DNA from: Cenarchaeum sp.
Lineage (GTDB): Archaea > Thermoproteota > Nitrososphaeria > Nitrososphaerales > Nitrosopumilaceae
Assembly (NCBI GenBank): GCA_963692915.1
Contig: OY843584.1
Coordinates: 928,001 to 992,000 of the forward strand
Direction of reading: 5' to 3'
Length of the DNA stretch: 64,000 nucleotides
The notes under the pieces were generated by a model that saw only the letters and a program-made list of their open reading frames with translations, did not search any database and was not told the origin of the DNA. Below, piece after piece: positions 58,047-64,000 of the stretch; position 1 is the first letter of the stretch, and every line of letters begins with the position of its first letter. A program made the position numbers and the translations under genes.

Positions 58047-58679
58047 TTGTTCTCCATATCGAGCCTAGTCGATGTCGTGCGCATACCTCCAAACCTCTTT
58101 GGAACGACGATGAAAAAGGCCGCGATGAATATACTCAAGGAGAAATACGAGAGCATGATAAACGCCGAGCTCGGCTATATCATCATGATCCTCGACGTAA
58201 AGGTAGAGGAGATGGGAAGGCTGATTGCCGGTGACGGCGGGACGTTTCACAGGGTCGAGTTTGATGCGCTCACGTTCTATCCAAAGCTGCAGGAGATCGT
58301 GCGCGGCGAGATTGTAGACATTACGGACTTTGGCGCGTTTGTGAGGATAGGCCCGACTGATGCCCTCCTACACCTCTCGCAGGTCATGGACGACTATCTA
58401 AAGAGCGACGTAAAGGCCGGCACCATATTTGCAAACCAGAGCGAGAGGACACTAAAGGTCGGCTCGACTCTGCGAACAAGGATAACTGCCGTGTCCCTCG
58501 GCAAGGCCGCATCCATGGGCAAGATTGGAATAACGTGCAGACAGCCGTTCCTTGGCGCCGATGAGTGGGTTGCCGAGGAGGTAAAGGGCTCAACAGGTGG
58601 CGCAAAGGCCAAAAAGCCCGAGGGCAAAAAGGCAGAGGCGGCTGCCCCCAAGGCCAAAGCCAAGGCGGGATCAAAGTAG
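58047..58679 (+). CDS. rpo7: RNA polymerase subunit Rpo7 (RpoE')
   Basis: VRIPP, GDGG, FGAFVRIGPTDALLHLSQ, CRQPFLG. Confidence 0.95.
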   Translation: MFSISSLVDVVRIPPNLFGTTMKKAAMNILKEKYESMINAELGYIIMILDVKVEEMGRLIAGDGGTFHRVEFDALTFYPKLQEIVRGEIVDITDFGAFVRIGPTDALLHLSQVMDDYLKSDVKAGTIFANQSERTLKVGSTLRTRITAVSLGKAASMGKIGITCRQPFLGADEWVAEEVKGSTGGAKAKKPEGKKAEAAAPKAKAKAGSK

Positions 58680-58681
58680 CC

Positions 58682-58870
58682 ATGGCTCGCGAGATGGCAT
58701 GTCGCAAGTGCAAGTTCGTGACGACTGGCAAGGTCTGTCCCAGCTGCAAGTCATCTGACCTTACGCCGGACTGGAACGGGATCGTGCTCGTCGTGGATCC
58801 CGAGACTTCCAACATTGCCAGCACGCTAGGCATAACTGGAAAGGGCAAGTATGCCCTAAAGGTAACATGA
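58682..58870 (+). CDS. spt4: Transcription elongation factor Spt4 (RpoE'')
   Basis: ACRKC...CPSC...WNG...GKYALKV. Confidence 0.93.
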   Translation: MAREMACRKCKFVTTGKVCPSCKSSDLTPDWNGIVLVVDPETSNIASTLGITGKGKYALKVT

Positions 58871-58871
58871 G

Positions 58872-59708
58872 TTGCCGCAAAGCCCAAGGGGCCAGATTGC
58901 GCGATTTCTAGCCGAGGACATTGGCAGGGGCGACATTACCAGTGCGCTCCTTCCGCGCACGCGACTTGATGCCACTCTGATCACAAGGGAGGCGTGCGTG
59001 ATCGCCGGCGCAAAGTGGGCGCGCGTGGCCTTTGAGCTTCGCGGGTGCGCCGTGCGCGCTCACGTGCGTGACGGCCGGCGAGCGCGCGCCGGCCAGGCCA
59101 TAATGGATGTGCGCGGCACGGCACAGGGCGTCCTCTCCGCCGAGAGGACTGCGCTCAATGTCCTCTCTCGCATGAGCGGAATTGCGACACAGACGCGGGC
59201 GCTCACGGCCATGCTGCGAGGGACACGTGCGCGCATCTATGCGACGCGCAAGACAGCACCCGGCATGGGGTTCTTTGACAAGGAGGCAGTCGCTACTGGC
59301 GGCGGAATGAGGCACAGGATGGACCTGGGCGAGGCGATTCTCATAAAGGACAACCACATCCTTGCCGCAGCAGCCTCTGAAATCGGCATGGAGGAGCTCG
59401 TGAGGCGCGCCGTGCGAAGGCACAGGAACGTAGAGGTCGAAGTCGAGGACGTGCGCGATGCGCTGGCCGCAGCGCGCGCCGGCGCGCGCATCATAATGCT
59501 TGACAATTTTACACCGGCGCGCGCGAGGAGTGCCGTGGAGTCGATCAAGCGCGAGGGGCTTCGCAGGCGCGTGAGGCTAGAGGCCTCTGGCGGCATTGGC
59601 GCGCGCAACATTGCCGCGTACGCAAGGGCCGGCGTTGACATGATATCAGTGGGATCGATAACGTCATCCGTGCGCTCCATAGACATGAGCCTCGAGGCGC
59701 GCGTCTAG
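58872..59708 (+). CDS. nadC: Quinolinate phosphoribosyltransferase
   Basis: EDIGRGDIT, TRKTAPG, IKDNH, IMLDN, EASGGI. Confidence 0.95.
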   Translation: MPQSPRGQIARFLAEDIGRGDITSALLPRTRLDATLITREACVIAGAKWARVAFELRGCAVRAHVRDGRRARAGQAIMDVRGTAQGVLSAERTALNVLSRMSGIATQTRALTAMLRGTRARIYATRKTAPGMGFFDKEAVATGGGMRHRMDLGEAILIKDNHILAAAASEIGMEELVRRAVRRHRNVEVEVEDVRDALAAARAGARIIMLDNFTPARARSAVESIKREGLRRRVRLEASGGIGARNIAAYARAGVDMISVGSITSSVRSIDMSLEARV

Positions 59709-60664
59709 CCTATCTCAAGCATACGCCGGATGGCACGCCGCGCGAGCTCGGCAGTTCGCGCCGGAACCCTCACCTCGTGCTGCGAATGGAGGAGTGAGTC
59801 ACGGACCTTTTCGAGCGTTATCATCTTCATGTACTGGCATTCAGCAGTGTCAGAGGCGGCAACAAAGCGCTTGTCAGGATTTTGGCGTGCAAGGCGGTAC
59901 ATCATGCCAGTCTCCGTTGCAACAACAAAGCTGTTAGAGTCAGACTCGGCGGCGCGCCTCATCATGCCTTCTGTGGACAGGACGCTTGCTCGAATGTTCC
60001 CGTACCCGCCAGTGGCGACATCGTGGAGTATGGGAGTTGTGCAGCTGCATTCGGGGTGCACGAGAAACTCGGCATCGCGCATTGAGTCCATCTTTTTGGC
60101 AACATCCTCTGGCCGTATGCCGGCGTGAACATGGCACTCACCGGCCCAGATTCGCATGTTCTTGCGCCCCGTCATCTTGGCGACGTATGCGCCAAGGAAC
60201 ATGTCAGGGAGGAACAGTATCTCGCGCGAGGGGGGGATCGCGTTGACCACGGCAACGGCGTTAGATGACGTGCAGCAATAGTCGAGCTCGGCCTTTATCG
60301 CCGCCGTCGTGTTGACATATCCCACGGCCACCGCACCCTCGTGGCGTGCCTTCCACGACCTGAGATCATCGACTGTTATCGAGTCAGACAGCGAGCATCC
60401 CGCATCAAGATCAGGTATCAGGACACGCTTTTGGGGCGATATTATGGCCGCAGTCTCGGCCATAAAGTGGACGCCGCAGAACAGTATGGTCGAGTGCGGG
60501 GTTTGCGCCGCCTGCCTGGCGAGCCCAAGCGAGTCGCCGACATAGTCGGCCACATCCTGCACGCCGGGAACCTGATAGTTGTGGGCCAGTATGACCGTGT
60601 CCGTCTTGGCCTTTAGGCGCATGACCTCCTCTGTGAGCGCCTGTTGGGCCGCATTGCCAACCAT
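59705..60664 (-). CDS. nadA: Quinolinate synthase
   Basis: ILAHNYQ, FCGVHFMAETA, GECHVH, HPEC, CQYMK. Confidence 0.95.
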   Translation of the reverse strand: MVGNAAQQALTEEVMRLKAKTDTVILAHNYQVPGVQDVADYVGDSLGLARQAAQTPHSTILFCGVHFMAETAAIISPQKRVLIPDLDAGCSLSDSITVDDLRSWKARHEGAVAVGYVNTTAAIKAELDYCCTSSNAVAVVNAIPPSREILFLPDMFLGAYVAKMTGRKNMRIWAGECHVHAGIRPEDVAKKMDSMRDAEFLVHPECSCTTPILHDVATGGYGNIRASVLSTEGMMRRAAESDSNSFVVATETGMMYRLARQNPDKRFVAASDTAECQYMKMITLEKVRDSLLHSQHEVRVPARTAELARRAIRRMLEIG

Positions 60665-60755
60665 TGCGCAGGGGACTGCCGCGTCCCGCATTTAAAGAGT
60701 GGCGAGACGGCATTTTGTGCGCAATGCTGCGCACAATGTGGCAATTATTGCCCGC

Positions 60756-61565
60756 TCAGGCGCCCAGTCTAACCGAGCCGCGCGTGCCACACACGCGCGC
60801 GAGCAGGTCGAGTGCCGAGAGGGCGGCCAGTCGGCTCGTCCGTGGGTTTGATGCGTCAGGCACATTGGAGACGGTAATCTCCATGGAGCCAAACGCGCCG
60901 TGGGCCTCAATCCTGTGCGTATTGGATGATGTGGCACAGTCTGCAACGATGCGCACCCTAGTGCGGTGTGCGCCCAGAGTCGCGAGGCTCAAGAGTGCGG
61001 CAACGTTGATGTTTTTCGGAAATCTCAAGACGGCATCAATGGCACTGCCTGAAAAGATTTCAGCCGATCCTGCAGTGGGCAACTCACTTGCGCCGGGTGC
61101 GCCGCGCAGCGAGTCAGGATGCTTTGTGGTCGTCAGCGTGACTGCGTCAAGCTCGTTGCGTACTGCACGCAACGCGTCAAGACCTGCCATGGCGCCTGAC
61201 GGCAGGTAGATGAACCGGCCGAACTCGGCACATGCCTCAGAGAGCACCTCAAGGATCGACTCGTCTAGCAATGCGCCGACGCTCATGACCACAAGGTCAC
61301 GCCTGTTCTGTATGACGCTTAGAGCATAGTCACGCACTGCATTCTGCGAGGCGGCCTCGACGACCATGTCGACCGGGTACGAGGAGAGCATGTGCGCGTT
61401 CTCGGCAATGGCCGGAGGCGAGGAGAGCGAGGAGACGAGTCGCGCAGAGGCCTCTGGAACCTCGTCATACACGTGCGTGAGGCGCGCATCGACTGCGCCC
61501 GAGTCGATTGCGCGCGCGATCTGGCTCCCAATTGCGCCACACCCAAGGAGGGCTACCCGCTTCAT
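60756..61565 (-). CDS. nadX: L-aspartate dehydrogenase
   Basis: GCGAIG, VEAASQ, PSGAMAGLD, FPKNINVAA, NPRTSRLA. Confidence 0.93.
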   Translation of the reverse strand: MKRVALLGCGAIGSQIARAIDSGAVDARLTHVYDEVPEASARLVSSLSSPPAIAENAHMLSSYPVDMVVEAASQNAVRDYALSVIQNRRDLVVMSVGALLDESILEVLSEACAEFGRFIYLPSGAMAGLDALRAVRNELDAVTLTTTKHPDSLRGAPGASELPTAGSAEIFSGSAIDAVLRFPKNINVAALLSLATLGAHRTRVRIVADCATSSNTHRIEAHGAFGSMEITVSNVPDASNPRTSRLAALSALDLLARVCGTRGSVRLGA

Positions 61566-61694
61566 GGTCGGGGCGCCGCCGGCGTGGCGCAATTAATCCT
61601 ACGCATTGCGGCAACCCATGCCACACATGCCACGTGCGTCGGCAAGGGAGAGTGGGCAAAGAGCCTTTAATAGAGAATTTCCGGCGGTTGTGAG

Positions 61695-62531
61695 ATGCTC
61701 AACGAGGTATACCGGCACGCCATGGAGAACAGGGAGAGGCTAGTCGGCTCGCTGGGCAACTATGGCGACATTGTCGATGAGGCAAGGCGCCGCTGGGTGT
61801 GCCACGAGGCGCCCCGCAAGGAGCACCCCGAGACGCTCGGCGTGGACGGGAGCTGCAACAGGGTCTCGTATCAGGGCATGGAGCTGTGGGTGTCCACCGC
61901 AGTGGCAGCATCAGCGGACGGCCGTACCGTGGTGGGCATGGAGCCGAGGATGGGCATAGGGCGCAACACGAAACTGCATGACACGATGCGCCATATGGAG
62001 GCCGACGCGTGCGCCAAGGCGTCTGACATGGCCGAGATTGTCCTCATGGACGGCTCGCTGCGCACGGTCTTTATCGCCGATGACGAGCGCGCAAGAGATG
62101 AGCTCCTGCGCCTCCTGCGAGGCAACGAGACGCGGATCATATTCGTCTCAAAGACATCCGAGGTCGACTTTGAGTTTGGCGACATGGGCGCAATGGCAGG
62201 TGACATTTACTATTATGGGCTAGCGAGCTCCGAGCCCGGATTTAGCGACATTTTAGTAAAAGAGGCGCCACGCACAAGCATGTCGATATCCTCGACATAC
62301 GCGCGACTCGCGCATTCGACACCGCTAATGAAGGTGGAGATGCTCGGTGACGGCATAGACGAGGGCGACGTTCGCGGTCTCCTCGAGCAGCTGGGAGCGC
62401 AGTGCGCAGGCGGGTACCCGCAGGCGCTACGGCAGGCCCACAACGAGTGCACGATCACCAATGACACGATGGACACCATTGCGGCGATATTTGGCATCAA
62501 CGCAGTCGGCTCGAGGGCGATTCTGCAATGA
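61695..62531 (+). CDS. nurA: NurA nuclease
   Basis: GVDGS, LMDGSL, VSKTS, GYPQALRQAH; upstream of herA. Confidence 0.9.
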   Translation: MLNEVYRHAMENRERLVGSLGNYGDIVDEARRRWVCHEAPRKEHPETLGVDGSCNRVSYQGMELWVSTAVAASADGRTVVGMEPRMGIGRNTKLHDTMRHMEADACAKASDMAEIVLMDGSLRTVFIADDERARDELLRLLRGNETRIIFVSKTSEVDFEFGDMGAMAGDIYYYGLASSEPGFSDILVKEAPRTSMSISSTYARLAHSTPLMKVEMLGDGIDEGDVRGLLEQLGAQCAGGYPQALRQAHNECTITNDTMDTIAAIFGINAVGSRAILQ

Positions 62532-64000
62532 GTGATGAACGCCGTGGCTATGTGACCGGTGAGCCGATCTCATCGAGGGTGGAGGCCATAACGTCCAGGC
62601 CATTTGCAGTGGGCGAGTATGTCATAATTGACCTTGGAGACACGCGCGTTCTTGGCATGGTCGAGGAGTCAGTCGTTCGCAGCGCGACGCTCTCGGATGT
62701 GCCAAACTTTGAGCACGCAGACGAGCTTGTGGGCATTGTGCGCTCCAACACGCGTGACAAGCGCCACACGGCGTCAATATCCATAGTCGGCTCACTAGAC
62801 GCCATCAGGCACGGGCGGCCCGAGATACCGGCGATCCCGCCGCTTCCGGGCAGCAACGTCGGCATAGCTAGCGCAAGTAGCCTAGCTGAGGTCTTTGCGC
62901 CAGACGGAAGCCAGTGGGCAAGGGTCGGCACGCTCTTGCGCAACGATGGCGTGGCCGTAAAGATAAACCTCGACAAGGCAGTCTCCAGGCACGTCGCAAT
63001 ACTGGCAATGACCGGAATGGGCAAGAGCAACACAGTCTCGCTGCTAACGCGCGAGATAGCATCGCGCGGCGGAACCGTCGTCATATTTGACTATCATGGC
63101 GAGTATTCCGCGCTGCGCATACCCGGCATAAACATACTAGACGCAAAGATAAACCCGCGACGACTCGGCGCCGATGAGCTCGCCGAGATGCTCGACTTTA
63201 GGGCCAACGCCGACAAGCAGCGCGCCATCATCTCAAGGGCGCTCACGACTGAAGTCAGGGGGGCAAGGGACTTTTGGGCCGCGCTAATAGACTCGATACA
63301 GGTTAGCGCCGATGACGCAAAGTCAAAGCACGTCATCCACAGGGTCACCGAAAAGGTCAAGTATGCAGTAAAGAGGATGGGCGACATACTCGATCCAGAG
63401 ATAGACGATCCCATGGCCCTCATAAAGCCCGGACGCGCCAACGTGCTCGGAACATCCGAGTTTGGCGAAAAGCAGGCCAATATTGCGCTCGCATTCTATA
63501 TGAGGAACATGCTAGAGGACAGAAAGGAGGCGACCATTGCCAGCAGGCATGGAAGGGGCGCAGACGTCAGGTTTACGGCCCCTGTCTTTATCGTGATAGA
63601 GGAGGCCCACGTGTTCGTGCCAAGGGACCGTGACACGGGCGCAAAGGACATGGCCGCAAAGATAGCGCGCGAGGGCCGCAAGTTTGGCGTCGGGATGTGC
63701 ATAGTGTCACAGAGGCCGCGCGCGCTGGATCTCGCCGTCCTGAGCCAGATGAGCTCGTTTGCCGTCATGCGCATGATACAGCAGGACGACCAGAGGCAGG
63801 TCGAGGCCGCGTCCGAGTCGGCCGGAAAGGCACTCATTGCACAGCTCTCCACGCTCAACGTAGGCGAGGCTGTCCTGACTGGCCAGTGGGCGCCGCTCAA
63901 CGCCATGGTTCGCATTGATGAGATAAAAGAAAAAATGTCCGGCGCAGACCAGAGCGCAACGGCGGATTGGGCTGCAGAGTCAAAAAAGCAGAGTGCGGGC
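62528..64000 (+). CDS. herA: HerA helicase (runs off the window; absent from the ORF track)
   Basis: MSDERRGYVTG..., RHVAILAMTGMGKSNT, IEEAHVF, AREGRKFGVG, SQRP. Confidence 0.92.
   Translation, partial: MSDERRGYVTGEPISSRVEAITSRPFAVGEYVIIDLGDTRVLGMVEESVVRSATLSDVPNFEHADELVGIVRSNTRDKRHTASISIVGSLDAIRHGRPEIPAIPPLPGSNVGIASASSLAEVFAPDGSQWARVGTLLRNDGVAVKINLDKAVSRHVAILAMTGMGKSNTVSLLTREIASRGGTVVIFDYHGEYSALRIPGINILDAKINPRRLGADELAEMLDFRANADKQRAIISRALTTEVRGARDFWAALIDSIQVSADDAKSKHVIHRVTEKVKYAVKRMGDILDPEIDDPMALIKPGRANVLGTSEFGEKQANIALAFYMRNMLEDRKEATIASRHGRGADVRFTAPVFIVIEEAHVFVPRDRDTGAKDMAAKIAREGRKFGVGMCIVSQRPRALDLAVLSQMSSFAVMRMIQQDDQRQVEAASESAGKALIAQLSTLNVGEAVLTGQWAPLNAMVRIDEIKEKMSGADQSATADWAAESKKQSAG

Noticed and set aside
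62548-63915. Minus-strand ORFs at the window end
   Set aside because: Antisense to herA, which the track omits because it has no stop within the window
61695-64000. NurA-HerA as a novel nuclease-ATPase defence pair
   Set aside because: Host-like composition and the standard archaeal DNA end-resection module

Overview
Chromosomal window from a GC-rich ammonia-oxidiser-type archaeon (Nitrososphaerota/Thaumarchaeota, Nitrosopumilaceae-like gene content). The high GC and giant surface protein suggest a sponge-symbiont-like lineage; this is inference. Most of the window is housekeeping: RFC-L, a Zn/Mn ABC transporter with a NikR-type regulator, IlvE, aspartokinase, SSB, a riboflavin operon, the rpl18-rps5-rpl30-rpl15-secY-adk-DUF106-cmk-cbf5 operon, EF-1beta/Cdc48, CtaB, a cupredoxin, a JAMM protease, H+-PPase, Mrp, Rpo7/Spt4, NAD synthesis genes, NurA-HerA and five tRNAs (one with an intron). 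Accessory features are: (i) an 8.45-kb gene for a secreted HEXXH metalloprotease on about 18 Ig-like modules with an 18-bp VNTR linker; (ii) an AT-rich ABC/AAA-ATPase plus small nuclease-like gene pair; (iii) an AT-rich MvaI/BcnI-type restriction-modification islet; (iv) an orphan nuclease-like gene behind tRNA-Gly; (v) a duplicated promoter+leader cassette with small membrane-peptide ORFs. No CRISPR array, rRNA, integrase or transposase was found. Start codons were adjusted by eye from the ORF track, and all GC statements are visual estimates, not computed.
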